Source: Entomortierella parvispora E1425 (taxonomy: Eukaryota; Fungi; Mortierellomycota). Taken from it: a DNA stretch of 64,000 bases. The notes under the pieces were generated by a model that did not search any database, was not told the DNA's origin, and worked only from the letters and a program-made list of their open reading frames with translations. Shown here in pieces: positions 26,982 through 40,763 of the stretch. Position numbers and translations under genes: made by a program. Each line of letters begins with the position of its first letter. Position 1 is the stretch's first letter. The stretch is from the NCBI GenBank assembly GCA_020891255.1, contig BQFW01000002.1, positions 434,001 to 498,000 of the forward strand, written 5' to 3'.

Positions 26982-27680
26982 CTCTACACGCAGGGTTAAT
27001 AAAAAAATCATTCTTGTTCATCCCCAACCACTTTTTTTTTCCTTCCTCTGTTGCTTACACCCCTTTTGCCTGTTTTTTTTTTCCAGCTGACACGGCAAAG
27101 GTGAAATGTACCCAAGCGCAACAGGGAAGAAGGGTCCAAGCCAACCCAAGCTTCCTTTCCTTTTCCTACCTCCTTTTCTCATATTTGTGATGCATCGCTT
27201 ATCTGCAAGTTCTGTGAAGAGCACTGACCTGATACGTCTCCCCAGGGTCTGGATCCCTGGGAGGAGGATCCATGGATATTGTCTGCACCTCTCAGTCCAA
27301 ACGCCACTGCTGCGTCATCAGCGTCAATGGACACTGCCACTTTCAACCTTGTTGCCACATCAACAGCAGCAAGGGCAACCGCAGCACTCGAGCAAAGTCA
27401 TGGGCGGCTTCTACAAGGAGCAGAATCCGGGGGAGAATCAATTCGTGACATGCGGCCATTGGCTTTGGTCAGGTTGGTTGGTTCCACGCAGACACCGAAA
27501 AAAATAAATAGGAAAAGGGTTGCGCTTTGGTCCCAAAGTTGCTCTTCTCTTCTTTGCTCTCACTCAGTTCTCCACACTTTTCGTCTTTCCTTTTCCACTT
27601 GACTTTCTCCCCTTTCGCCTATAAAAACAAACAAGCACAAACTAATCCCCCTCCTTCTTCGTCTTCCTTCAATTCCACTC

Positions 27681-30600
27681 ATGCCTTCCATGGCCTCCAC
27701 AACAGCAACAATGACAGCTGCAGCACCAGCAACAGACGCGTCGCAGAATCATATCAACCACAAAGTCAAGATCTTTATGCAAGTTGCTTTCTTTTCTTGC
27801 ACCGATAATCGAGATGTTCTCTCCTCTCTCTTCTCTCACGGTGCACGGGTCGCGGACAAAGGCATGGGTACCGACAATGCGAATGGGAATGAAGGACATG
27901 GACATTGCGTAGCCCTCCTTCATTCCGTTCTGCTTAACCATGGCCCGTGAGCGAGTCTCCATGACACGCAGGGAGGAGAGAAGACATTCATGACCTTAAT
28001 GTCGTTTACAGTTTTTTTTAAACTAATCACCTTGACCTTTCATTGTTGCATCCCATTAGACCCTGCCATTATGACCTCTCTCAAGTGGAGACCTGCGCTC
28101 CGTTCCTGGACCGGTATGGAGGCGTCGTCTTTGTGTACGATTGGAATGTGGCCAAGGACCAAATCACGGACTACTACAGACGCCAATATCCAGATGGCTG
28201 GGTCAAGGTCGTACCCTTCTCTCTCAGAAACATCCTCGATTCCATCAAGCATCTGGACCATCGACTAGAACGACATGACAACAGCCACCCTACCTCCAGC
28301 ACTCTAGTCCAGGACGCCAGCTATAGTAGCAATGGCAGTTTGAACAGTCAAGCGAGCAGTGGCAGTAACGGGAGCCAAGAGGCCAAAAAACTGCACCAAG
28401 TCGTTTTCTTATTGACAGCGTCTATGAACGTGGATTACGGAACGTTCGGACTGACCCAGAAAAAGATCCTGGATGCGATCAAAGAGGCCTTGCCGGAACG
28501 GGTGCGGGCCGTGAACGTGATCGGCCACTGCATGTATGGTTGTGCGTCCTGCTCTGGTGTGGAGCACAAAGTGCCCCTGTACTTTACGCGGTACTTTAAC
28601 AGATCGTAAGTGAAAAACACTGCTTGCAGCAGACTGGGGTTCAAGGATTCAGACAAAACTGGGACAAGAGACTAAAACACACTTTTTCTTTTTTCATTCC
28701 AGGCTACCGTACACCGCCAAGGATGTTCTGGCCCTCTACGCAGCAAACACTCGACTGAACAATCACGCTCAGACAATAGCCAGTGGTCAAACAAAGGTGG
28801 CGCACGCGGTGTTGGTGGCACCATCCTGTGGCAGCACCTCCATGATTGCTCAAAAGTCTATGATCCAACTCTTTCATCGCCTGGAACAAACCGGCGAATG
28901 GAAGTTTGTCTGGAAGATGCACCCAACTTCCTTGCACTTGGATGGCTACGACACTACGGATGAAACAGGGGCTGAGCAGGCCGAGCTTGAAAACGTCAAG
29001 TTTATTCTTGAAAACTTTACAGTTACGCTCGAGGAACACGCTTGTCTGTTGCCATTCATGGAGGCGTTTGATGTGATTATTACGGATCTGCACTCGTCCG
29101 TACCGTTCATTGCGACCTATTTCACACCCAAGGTCATCCTCAGTTACTTTAATGATGCCGACTATGGAACGCCGGAGCGACATGACGACTTCATGAATCA
29201 ACTGACCACGTTTGTTGAGCCCCACGAGCTGGAGGGCTTGTTACAGAACCTTCCCAAGCCAAAGGGAGATCCTTCGTTCTTCTTCAGTCAATATGGCCAT
29301 GTTGATGGCCATGAAGACCTTCGGTTCGGAAACCTGGCCAAGTGGCCAACAGAACAGGTATGGACCTAATTATTGACAACTCCCACACACTTGACATCTA
29401 GGCTGCGCGATATTTAATCTGACCCTTCCTTTCTCTTTGCACAATTAGTTCGAAGCTACGCAACCTTTTCTCTATCGTCAGTCGATGGCACAGATCGCAC
29501 ATGAATGGAAGACTATATACAAATCGATGAAGGAATCAAACCCGGACGACGTTGAGGGGATCAAGAACGCGCTCGGATTTGATGTAAAATTCCCATTGCT
29601 GGAGGGGGAGGTCGATTTACCGAAGACGTTGCCTAGGATCCTGCCTCGTGAGCGTCGTGCTGCTGGTATCGAGCTGAGGATCATGTCCTTCAACATTTGG
29701 AATGGAGGACTCTCTGGTGGTCAACCTTTGGAGCAAACTGCCAACGCAATTTTGGCTTCTGGCGCTGATGTTGTTGGTCTACAAGGTGAGGAAGCTGTTT
29801 TGCAAAAAAAAAAAAAAAAAAAAGCCTGAGCCAAAGCTGACCCTGTAAATTTCTGACCCTCTAGAGTGCTCCTCGACTGTTGACGACATTACTGGTAAAC
29901 GGCAGTATATGTTGCCAGAGTTGATCAAGTTTCTACCAGGATGGTATTATAGTGACCAACGTCTGCGCGATACCAGCACAGGATCCCGCAACCCATGGGG
30001 CGTGGTCTCAAAATTTCCGATTGTGAACACGACAGAAATGGGTTTTGGCGTGAAAATTCAGCTCAACAACCATCGTCATCCTGAAATCGAGCCTTCCTAC
30101 CATGGATTCCCCGAGTATCAGTACACAAATCTTAGTGAATCCATGGCAAGTGCGTCTCTGAACGGAGGCAGCAGCGTCACACATGACTACAGCAATCACT
30201 ACAGCAACCACCACAACCAACATGGTCAACGGAGCAACAACACGCGATTCATGTATCTCTTCAACTGTCACCTTTACTATTTCCCATACCAGCCATTCCA
30301 GTTACTGAAGATTCCATACTCCACCCAACCTTTCTTGGACACTGCTGAGGAAGCAGTCCAGTCCTGCAAAGAGGCGCGTGGCGAGGAGATGGATATGATC
30401 TTACGGGAGCTTCAAGAAACGGCCGACCAGGAGCCAGATGTGCCAATATTCTTGACAGGAGATTTCAACGAGCCAAGTCATCTGGATTGGTCTCCACTTG
30501 CTGTAATGGCAGGCCTTCAGCCACTGCAGGTCAAATGGCCATCGACTGAAACTCTTTACAAAGCAGGTCTCGTGGACCTTTGGCGTGCTTTCTCGGGAAA

Positions 30601-31003
30601 TAGCGCTTCCGCAACAAGTCCTCAATCTGCCCATCCGCATGCGCACACCAGCGGCTCAGTTAGTCTTCCCTCAGCTACTTCTCCTCCACTCAGCAGCAGC
30701 AGCAATGTCTTTACAAATGGTACCAGCCCCTTGATGCTGGATCCTCGCGATCATGCTGAGCTACAGTTGATTGAAAGACCCGGGCTTACGTGGACCTGCC
30801 TCAAGCCAGAGACCGACCCCACGGATCATTACGATCGGATCGACTTCATTTTTGGCCTAGATCGAGAGTCGTCCCCAATCGCACTGAAGGAGGTCGCTTG
30901 CAAGATGGGTGAGGATATTGGACGCGTGGGCGAAAAGAATGAAAAGATCTGCAGACCTTGGCCGTCAGATCACCGCGCTGTCATAGCCACGGTTCTTTTG
31001 TAA
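27681..31003 (+). CDS. 980-aa fusion of an N-terminal CDP-glycerol/ribitol:glycerophosphotransferase-like (TagF/TagB, GT-B) domain and a C-terminal EEP phosphoesterase (exons 27681-27946, 28060-28605, 28703-29357, 29449-29785, 29865-31003)
   Basis: Five exons with canonical GT-AG introns sum to 2943 nt in one open frame. TagF-like motifs: VLVAPSCGS, KFVWKMHP, FDVIITDLHSSVPFIATYF. EEP motifs: IMSFNIW, ADVVGLQE, NCHLYYFPYQP, LTGDFNEPSH, DRIDFIF, WPSDHRAV. Confidence 0.78.
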
Positions 31004-32227
31004 AGCCGTGTCGCCGTCCGTGGCAAAGGCGAAATACCTGTATGTAGCGAGCTCAGACCATTTCAGCAATGATACCCAACCCCAATAAAGTTTCCGTCAC
31101 CAATAGTGCAAAGTGTGGTTTTCCGCAACGATCTTCTCGACCAGCGTAGGGCGGACGGCCTTTTTTTGATAGACGTCTGCTGCCTCTTTTGTGTTTCATG
31201 GAAAACCCGCTGTGTCCTCTTGTGGCGAAAAAAAGATGATCCTTGACTTGACAGGGGCTGGAATCCTGCCAGTACGCGTCCTCTGTCCAGTTCGTTACCG
31301 TCGAAACGTGCCCGCTGTAGAAATGTCTCAAGGCTGTTGTCAATGGTTTGTACCGCTCATTTAGGTTTCAATGCCTTCGCAACAATGTCCGACTGGCCGT
31401 CCAGAGGCCAGTTCGGTCTTGGCAAACCTCCCAGACGACATGATCCTCATGGGTTAGACTATGAAGGAACCGCTCTCAAGTGGAGCTCCGCAGGGCTAAA
31501 GGCGTCTACGCCGAGGGCGAAGGCAAGGAGCGTCCGTATTCCTGTTCTGGGTCCATGCCGATCAATACGATGCGCCACACCACAAAAATTGCTCTGATTT
31601 TTTTTTACGCCAATCCAGAGATTTGTCCACAGGGACAGATATTATGTTTGAGTCCTCGGAGTTGGTTGCTGTCTGAAGGGAAACTGGACAATTGCTGACG
31701 ATGCGTGCAGGCTCTCCCCCCCTCCTTTCAGTCCAACTCTTGGCAAATGACCACAATAGTCTGGCATTTTGGAGGCGGGTGTTGTATGTAAGTACCGTAC
31801 ATACATACAGTAAGTCTATCTGCTGTGTATATGTCTATGTGTATATGTGTGCTTCTCCTTCATTTCGCGCTTTCTCCTGCTTTTTTTTTCTGTTCCTAAT
31901 TGTTTCCAGCGGCTGTCAGTACGTTTGTCAGTCCAGTCCTTTTCAGTCCTGCTAGACAGGTTTACTTTTCTTCTCCTCTGGGTTCCTTTGCTCTCTCCTG
32001 CAATGTCAATACAAAGATCCTTATCGTCACCCAAGTGCTTTTGTTGGAGGTTTTTTTTTGTTCCCTGGTTGGAGGAGGGGATTTATTTATTACAGTACTT
32101 TACAGAATAGTTGTCAAGAGTCTTTCTTTTAACACGACCGCGAGCGATGTTGAGAGGGTGGAGGACATTCTTCCTAGAGAGTGGTTGTTGTCCTGTCCCT
32201 GTTGGATGGTGTTCCCGCGGTCGTCCC

Positions 32228-32517
32228 CTAATACTTTAGGATAATGTAGAAAGCGTGGATGATACCTATACATGACAGAGAAGGAGAAGTGGTTAGAATC
32301 CAACGACCTTGTGGAAAAAAAACAGTGGGGCAGAAGACTCTTTTGGAGTGAACCAGGAACAGCCGGAAGGACTAGACGTACCAGGGATGTAACCGAGACA
32401 GGTAAGACCAATGTTGATGAGGAGGTCGCAGCCGCAGCCCCTCTCGAGCAAGACTCCCAGAGGGGGGAGGATGATGGCGAAGATGAACTTGAAGATGTCG
32501 GAGCAGGTAAGAGCCAT
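32228..32517 (-). CDS. PMP3: Pmp3 / plasma-membrane proteolipid (exons 32517-32382, 32265-32228)
   Basis: MALTCSDIFKFIFAIILPPLGVLLERGCGCDLLINIGLTCLGYIPG|IIHAFYIILKY*, the canonical Pmp3 family pattern. Confidence 0.92.
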
Positions 32518-33700
32518 GGTTGTGTGTTTTCTTGAGGGAGGTGAAGGCGAGAGAGAAGGATGAATGTGGTTTGAAGAGAGATAAAAAAAAAAAAAAGAGA
32601 GGGAGAGAAGGACAAGGTCCAGAGTATTTATACCCAGTCGGCACACCTCTCCTGGCTTGGCGCTTTGTTTGCTCTCTGGCGTTTTGAGACAGCACCCGCA
32701 CGGGAGCAGGGCGGCAGTCCGTCCGTCCGATGAATGGGACAGGATTTGACTCTACGCGCTCGCGATTGCGGAAAGTGATGTCACCTCGAGTCGTTTTCGT
32801 CTTTTGTTTGTTTTTGGATGCTCTCAATTGGACTCCACTCCAGAAAAGAGAGCGAGCAAGAGAGCACGTCCCCAGCACCCGTTCTTGGTCACAATGCGGT
32901 CATGATCAACAAAAGCGCCTCCTCTTCTGGATTTTCCCCGGCCCAAAGAGGCACCTTGCAACGATCGAGATCAAGCAAGACGCATCATGAGGGTCTTTAT
33001 GTTATTAATTCAGTTAATGACCTCTCATCTCCGGTGATCACTGAGCAGTACATACAATGCAACCGCTTTCACACGATACTATGGTATCATAAGTCGTGGT
33101 TCTTCTCTCTTGGCTTGATCGAGACCTGAATGGTGCAACAGAACACTTCTGTTTGCTCCATCAGGAACATCCCTCTTCCGAGATCAGAAAAAAAAAACGG
33201 ACATTGAACAAGAGCCACAAGTAGGGGGGGCGGAAGCGGGACATGCTCACAAAACCAAAGGACGGTTTCCTTCTTGTCAAAAACCGAGGGTGGGAAGGAA
33301 GGTGTGGTTTTTTTTGCCTCTCCACCTGAGTTTCTTGGTCTCAGAAAAAAAAGCACTGTGCTTTCAACAGCCCAGTTCCCGAGATTAGTCAAGCAGGGCT
33401 GGTGCGTGGCTCTCCTTTGTCTCTGTAGTGCAAAGCCGTCGCAATGCAACCGCAGGCATGCGCTCTGAAAAGCCCGTGAATCAGTGCAGGGCAAGGGCCT
33501 TGACCCCTCCAGCAACAATGCAGGTCCAGATTTTTTTTTTGTCGATCTCGAACCATCGTAAGAGGGGTGAGACGTACGTCATTTGCAGTCAAATGGAATT
33601 CAAAAATAGCTGTGGCCTCAAGCAGCTTGGCACAGCCACAGCAGCCATGATCGTTTTCTACAGGATGTTTTTTGTCTGTTTTCTTCAGACGAATGGTGTA

Positions 33701-36700
33701 TTATGAACTCTTGGCCATTCTGTCTATGATAAGATGCCGTTCCTGCGAACGAATGGCATGAGGAAGCGCGTGGAAGATCTATTAAAAGCAAAAGTCAGTG
33801 GTCAACATTTTTTTCCAGAACGTAGGCTACCTTGGCGACAGGTCAAAGCTTCAAACAGAATCCTTACCATTTGGTACTTTGCGACGGTGTCCTTGTCGTC
33901 TCCTTCCAATAGTCGCATGATGCAGTCATGCAGCAATCCATCCACGACAGGTGCATCCAATGCATCCGATGTAGGCACAAATCGGCGTAGCTGCATCAAG
34001 TTCCGGAACAAACCAATTGTTCTCCACAAGTACCGCTCCCGTGCTTCTTGCCCTTCCGTGGTCAGGATGTGTCGTGGAGTCAACGGTTGAGCTTGTACAA
34101 ACAGCTCCCTGTGCGCCTGAGCCGTCTCCAAGACAATGTCCAGAGTCGCCTTCAAAAGGACATCCATCTTGCTTTCCTTCTTGTCCACATAATCCAAAAG
34201 TTGATCCAAGATCGCCTTCAGGCACCGTGTTTGCTTTGCAGAGTACAAATCCACACCCCCTGCTTTAAGGAACTGCGTCAATCTCGGACAAAGACTTTTG
34301 GAGACTACCTTGCTCATCAGATCCAGATCCATGTCCTCTTCCTCATCGTCTTCCTGATCGCTCTCAGAGTCACTATGCATGTGAGACGTGGGATGAATGA
34401 CTGTGTAGCTCGATACTTCCTTGTGCCAGGTCTGGCCTGAAAGATCAAGAGTTACTCGCAGAGGATTCCACAAGCATGTCTCCTGACGGATATAGAAATC
34501 AAAGACCATAGGCAGCAATAAGCCGCCAAAGGCCTTGTTGTAGTCCTTGTGATAGTCGGTTTTCCAGGCCATAAACCGTTTTTTCACCGCCGCCAGGGAC
34601 GTGTAATCGGATCCGACCTCCTTGAAGACGGCTACCCTCTTCTCTTCAAGATCCATTACGGCATCGCCCAATTCCTGGTCATCTCCCGCGCCCAGCTCGT
34701 CATCGGTCGACAGCCCCTCATGCATGTCAGACTCTTTGGGTTGTGAGGATTTCTCCGCTTTAGACTTCCTGGCTGCCTGACGCCGCAAACGCTCCGCGTG
34801 CCTTCGTTTCCGAGCTGCATATGGATCGACTGCGATGCTTCTGCCGAATTCGTCCACCTCAGCAACTTGTGCTTTGGCGCTTTTGACTTCATCATCCTCA
34901 ACAACATTGCCAAACAGTGCCAGGTCATCCTTGAGCTCTGCGTTCCGGCGGTCCAGTACAAGCTTGGTCCTGCCTGATAACATATGCCGATAGTCTCGCT
35001 CAATTGACTCAAGCTCTGGAAACTTTTCCTCAAAAAATGACGCCAGGTTCCTGCAGTATGTCCGTAGTTCCTGATAGAATGTATATCTCGCGCTGGCCTT
35101 GGTCATCTCCTCCCCGGCATCCATTGCACCTAGGTTGAGCTCTGCCTCTTCGTGTCGAATCTGTTTCAGTTGTGCCGTGTGCATTGCCTTTTGTTGCTTC
35201 AGGTTGTCCAAATGCAATTGAAGTCGGCTCTTCACATCCGAAATCCTGGGTACTTGAGTTATCTCGGGGACTATAAGTACGAAGGCAAAGCAGTTAGATA
35301 CTTTTCAGGGAAACATGGTCGAAGGGTTGACAAAAAACAAGAACCTACAGGCTATAGTCCTGTGAACTGGAGCAGAGGATCTCTTTGTCTTTTTAGCGTC
35401 TGTCTTTACGATTCCTGCATTCCTGATTTGTTGAAGTTCCCATTCTCTGGATTCTTGTTCATCATCCCCATCTTCGATCCTAAAAGTGATTACAAAATAA
35501 AAGTTCAAAAATAAATGATGAGTTCCTTCAAACAGATAGGGTGTATCTTCCAAAAAGAGGAGCATGATCCGTTTTCACTTACATATCAGCAATCATCTCT
35601 TTACGGGAATCTCTCTTGTTCCTCTCTGCTGCTCTCTGGGCCTTTGTGCCAAGTGCTAACTTGTCCCCAATAATCTTGTCCAGTTCTACGAGATCAATAT
35701 AAGGAAACAACAATTAATTAGAGATAGTCCGGCGCAAGTTCCGCTGTATATGCTGAATCTTGCTGTATCCAAGGTTTCCATACCAGCTTCACCATCGTCC
35801 ATATCATCATCTTCCTCCCGCACAAGTCTTGTATCCCGAGTCTCAGAGATCTAAGTCGATAAATATTTGAAGCAAAGTTAGAAGGAGGCTCCTAGCATTC
35901 AATTTAAATCATTTCAAGAAGTTGAATGTTGTCATTATCCTTACAGTATCGTCATCTCCTCCAGCAAGAGAGATGAATTCTGCATCATCAAAGTCGTTCC
36001 TGAGCCTCATCTGCTCTCTCTTCTTCTTTGCCAAATGGATCGCGTTCGCATCAGGGATAATTGTGGGACCTAGGATGAGTGTCGAAATATACGGTCAGTT
36101 TTCCTGTAGACTGTTGGCATCATCCAGGGGTCAATTTCTAGCGCAGAAGGAATAATCTTACCTCCGAGAAGCGACGGAAATTTTTCCTCCACCAGGTCAT
36201 CGGCCGTGCTGTGGCTCCTGATCACTGGTGTCGTTGATAGTGTAGACTTTCTCAACTCCTCCAACGCCTCTTTGCTGTAAGAATTCGAGTTTCCTGTAGT
36301 GGCTCGACTCGTTATCGTAGGCTGATCCGATTCAAAAGTGGATTCCTTCGATCGATTGGCGAGTCGCTTGCTCGCATTGCTTTTCTTGACTTTGAACTCT
36401 GCTTCAGCCTCCTATATAAGAATATAAGGCCAAATGAAGTTAGTTATCTGCTAAAACTTGTTGAAGTACCTAGGATCGCAGCGTATCGATTGTGAGGAGT
36501 GATCAAAGGTGGCGCTGCAGGTAATTTTCTTTAACGCCTACCTGTTCCTCGTCTCCAAAGCTCAGGACAGTGCTCGGCACTTTCTTTTTGGTCTTTTTGA
36601 CCTTTGAAGATGTTGATTCTACTGCATCTATTCAGATTAGTCAAGGGCAATGTTAGAACGTTTAAATATCCTTGAGGGGCACTTCACCAAGACTCGAACG

Positions 36701-36845
36701 GCGCATAGGAGTTTATACCGGTCTTGTTTGGGGTATCTGGCGCCTGTGTAGTTGACTCTGCGGCAATGGCAGTTGTGTCGTCGTCCGGGTCATCAGAAAA
36801 TTCAATCTTTTTACGGATGTTTCGATTCTTCCTTGGCGTAAACAT
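33701..36845 (-). CDS. GCFC/PAXBP1 (Ntr2-related) spliceosome-associated factor (multi-exon)
   Basis: MFTPRKNRNIRKK N-terminus, KLSFGDEE, coiled coil (RYTFYQELRTYCRNLASFFEEK) and GCFC domain (VKKRFMAWKTDYHKDYNKAFGGLLLP...WNPL). Confidence 0.8.
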
Positions 36846-37481
36846 GTGCGTTCGGAGGGAGCGAATGGGCGAAGGATGGAATGAAGAGTTGGGAGGGAGG
36901 AAGCAGCGCGCCACCAGCAGAGTTCAAGGAACAGGGATCGGTGGCTTGGATAGTCATGTGACTATTGCGAGACTTGCGCTTTCTCCAGGGCTGCTCGCGT
37001 TTTGGGCACTCCTTCCAGCGAGTTCAGAGGAGCAAACCCCGAGGATGACAACAGCTCATCGTTCCAGTGCAGAGCTGGTTCAGGCACAAGGGGTTTCTTT
37101 TCTCTTACGCGTGCGCTCTTCCTCAGAGAAGTGCTCGTCCCGTTATCGACAAAAAAAAAGAAAGAGCGAGGCTCAAGGATAAAACATTATTTTAGTATTG
37201 TTCGAGTGGAGGGTGCTACGAGTGGAGGTCCTGCAGATGAACCAGGGGTGAGGAGAGATACTCGCACAGTCGTCAGTGATGATCGACATGTCCTGCTTGG
37301 TCTGCTGCAGTTCAAAACGCGTCGACACAGCAGACCAAGCAAGATCACGCACCTGATGACGTTTTTCCTTCAGATAGGCGGTATAAAAGCGTGCCTGTTG
37401 GCAACCAACCTTCTGCTCTCATTTCTTCTTTCCTGTTCATCAACCTTCTTCCCTCCCCCTACTCCCCATCTTTCATTCATC

Positions 37482-38841
37482 ATGTCTTGGCAATCGTACG
37501 TCGACAACAACCTTGTCGCCACCGGCAAGGTCACCAAGGGTGCTATCTTCGGTTTGGATGGCTCCACCTGGGGCATCTCCCCCGACTTCCAAGTAAATTC
37601 ATCGTTGCCTCATCTCATTTTCTCACAGTTTTCATCTATTCGGGAAGAAGACGAGGAAAATGGGCGCACCATCTTTCGGTGGTCTTCGCTGGATATTGGA
37701 TGGAATACACATGGAGCGCAACTGAAAAGACAACGCAAGCGGGCTGGCAGACTTGCCTCATCATCTAAAATAACTTTCACCGCGCGTGTGACATGTAGCA
37801 ATATGGGGACACATGTTCTACTCCCAGTGTGTCAAGATTTCCTCCAATTGCTCAATGATTAACCACTCTACTGCTCACGATTTGCTATTGTTGAAATTAG
37901 TTTGCTCCTGAGGAGATCAAGAAGTTGGTTGCCTCCTTCTCCAACTCGGACGAGGCTGCTGCCCAAGGCATCTACATCGGAGGCAAGAAGTTCGTCTTCC
38001 TTCGTGACGATCCCGGCAGGAGTGTCTACGCCCGTCTCGTAAGTTCTTGATAGTTTCCTGTGGATACGGCATTTGTTCTTCGGTCTCGGGCTCAACACGT
38101 AGAGAGACCAGAGTGGGGAGTGTAGCCAGCCAAGCTTCAGAGTTGCATCTTATCTCGCTGCTTGGATGTGGTTATCGGGATTGGGTGGTGTGCTGGTACT
38201 ACCAAGGAAGAGAACTGGTGGACAAGCATGCCATATCATTGGACGTATGATGCGATGACTCGAAGCGGGAGGCAAGGAGTAGAACGGACACATGCCCAAA
38301 CCCCTCCCTTTGTCTTTTTTATGGTCTGCACATCGCAGTAAGGAATTTCAGGGCCACCACTGCTCAGGACACCCCCACCGCCACACAACACAGCGCTTGA
38401 CCATGCGACACCTACTTGTCGCTCACGGGGAGGGGCCGCGCTGTTGAACAGCAAAAAAGCTGGCAGTGCAACGGGCATGACCACAGAGGTGGTTTGAAGA
38501 GCAGACTTCAGCTCAGAGCACTTGCTGGCTCATCGGCTGATCTATTTCTGTGTTGGCTCAGCTATCATTTTTATTAACTGTCTCTGGCTCCTCTTTTCTC
38601 ATTGCGTTTTTTTCTCCACTCAGGGTGCTACCGGTATCGCCTGCGCTATGACTGGCCAGACTGTTATTGTTGGATTCTATGACGAGAGCATCGGATCTGG
38701 CGACTGCACCGTTATCGTCGAGGGCTTGGCTGACTACCTTCGCTCAGTCGGCTACGTATGTCTTACTCCGAGTCTTTGCTAATGTCGCCGTGGAGTCCTT
38801 TTTGTTAACAAATCGTTCATTATCTTTCATTTCAATAGTAA
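37482..38841 (+). CDS. PFY1: Profilin, 127 aa (exons 37482-37592, 37901-38038, 38624-38755, stop-only exon 38839-38841)
   Basis: MSWQSYVDNNLVATGKVTKGAIFGLDGSTW...GIYIGGKKFVFLR...GIACAMTGQTVIVGFY...VEGLADYLRSVGY. Confidence 0.96.
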
Positions 38842-39023
38842 ACCATCAACATATCCAACTAAGAAGTATTGAAGTCAATGGTAGCTTCGAAGAGAAACCG
38901 TCCATCACAAAATTTTAGAAAACACTCCAAAAAAAAAAAGAATCTTTTCAAAATACAATAGGAATCTGCCCTGCAAACTATTTCGTGTCATGATTTGTTG
39001 CGTACGCTATCTGGGCGTGTTGA

Positions 39024-40763
39024 TCAAGCATCGTCCTCATCCTCATCCTCACCACCGTCCTCATCCCCTTCATCATTTTCACCTTCGTCGCCAGAGAATT
39101 CACCATAGTCCTCGCCATCGTCACCACCCTCCATTGCCTCAACTTGTTGACGAAGGGACTCGTTATCTACGTGTATAATGATGGAGGACAATGATGGAAT
39201 GAGATTCAATGCCATCGAGCACAATACATTTAGCCGCGAAAGATGTATCAATTGGAAACTCTAAGATTTACCTGGGTTCATCTCCAAAGCTCTGGAGAGT
39301 CTTTCAGTCGCAGCATCGTAGGCCTCCATAATCAGGTCTTCATCGTCGGTCAAAACTGAAGACATCAGATATGCCTGTCCCAACTGCACAATCATTATCC
39401 AAAGGCTTCTGTTAGTAAGAGTAATAAAAAAAAGACCAAAAATATCGCCAGTTCACGGACAATGCTTTTCATGAACGTACAGTCTCCAGCGTCTTGTAGT
39501 CGCCTTCTTCATCTTGCATGCCCTCGGCTTTAACAAGGATTTCAATGGCCTTGTCCAAGAGCGGTTTTGCCACAGAATCGTCATTCTTGTGGGTCGCCAA
39601 TCTGGCCTTGCTAAAAACACACGATCCGTAGATGGTGAGAATGTCGGCATTCTCGTCAACCAACTCTGCCTTGATGGACTGTGCATCTTCGATATGCTTG
39701 ATGGCTTGATCCAAGACCGATACTGCCAGATCTATAAGAAAATAAACCATAATTAGTCACTCCTTTTTTGATTTCACCTTATTCCTGCTGGTCAGAGGGG
39801 ACTTACCACGATTAAGGACAGGGTCCAACGAGACACCGTATTCCTCCAGTTCCTGAGCAGCACGAACAGATTCTTCCGCAAATGATGACTCTGGCAATTT
39901 AGTCTTGAGAAGGCTCAGGCCTGTAGTAAAGGACTTCAAGGCGCGGCCTGCCAAATCCTTTTCCTTCTTGCCCACAACGGCCGCGGCCTTTTGTTGCTCT
40001 TCCGAAGGTTCATCCTCATCCTCATCCTCGTTTGCCGTCAAGGTCTCCATGGCTAATCTACGACAATCTCTAGCCTGGAGATCATTTGAAAAAAAAAAAG
40101 GAAAAAATAGCGAGTATAGTGAGTTCCACTTATCGTTCACCAAACTTGTCTCTTCAATGTATGGTTGTCGCTCCATCTTTTTGAAATCGTTACCTGAGAA
40201 ATCTCGGCAATACCCAGACCAACGAGGACATTTCCATTTTCACCTTTAGTCTGCTTCTTCAGATCTTCAAACATCCTCACGCCCTCCTGAACCATTTCGG
40301 TCGATGGCATCAAGTTGCCAACGGCCAAAACGCAAGCTGCGTGCTGGACCTTTGTTTCCAAGACCTTGCCAGCCACCTCAGTGCCATCGTTCAGCTCAAT
40401 GTGCGCGTGTGCCTTGTCATAAGCCTCAAACTCCTCAATGGCTTTGTCAAACAAGGCCTTAGCCATCCTGGACATTCCTCCGCCGGATCCTGCTTGATCT
40501 GCGTGTGAAGAAGAGGAGGACGATTTGGCTGCCTCTTCACGGGCCATTTGAAAGAGCTCCACAGCACTGGGGGTCGTCTCGAATTGAAGCACAATCTCGC
40601 CTTCGGCACATCCGTCGCACTCGGGATCCTCGCAGTCTTCAGCGTGCTGCTTTTCTTCTTTGCGGGCCTTCTTGGAATCGTGGTTTGCAGAAGATTCCAG
40701 GGCATGGAGATCTTCTGAATCGGATGCCTTACGCTTGTGCACTGCTTCGCTGGCTGAACTCAT
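39024..40763 (-). CDS. TPR-like helical-repeat nuclear protein with acidic tail, possibly Nro1/Ett1 family (multi-exon)
   Basis: N-terminal basic NLS (KRKASD...KKARK), Cys motif CEDPECDGC, helical repeats (KALFDKAIEEFE; LDKAIEILVKAE; LGQAYLMSS...RLSRALEMNP) and D/E tail. The family assignment is by recollection only. Confidence 0.5.

Noticed and set aside
31053-32034. Short ORFs between the EEP fusion gene and PMP3
   Set aside because: No recognisable motifs or consistent splice structure in either orientation.
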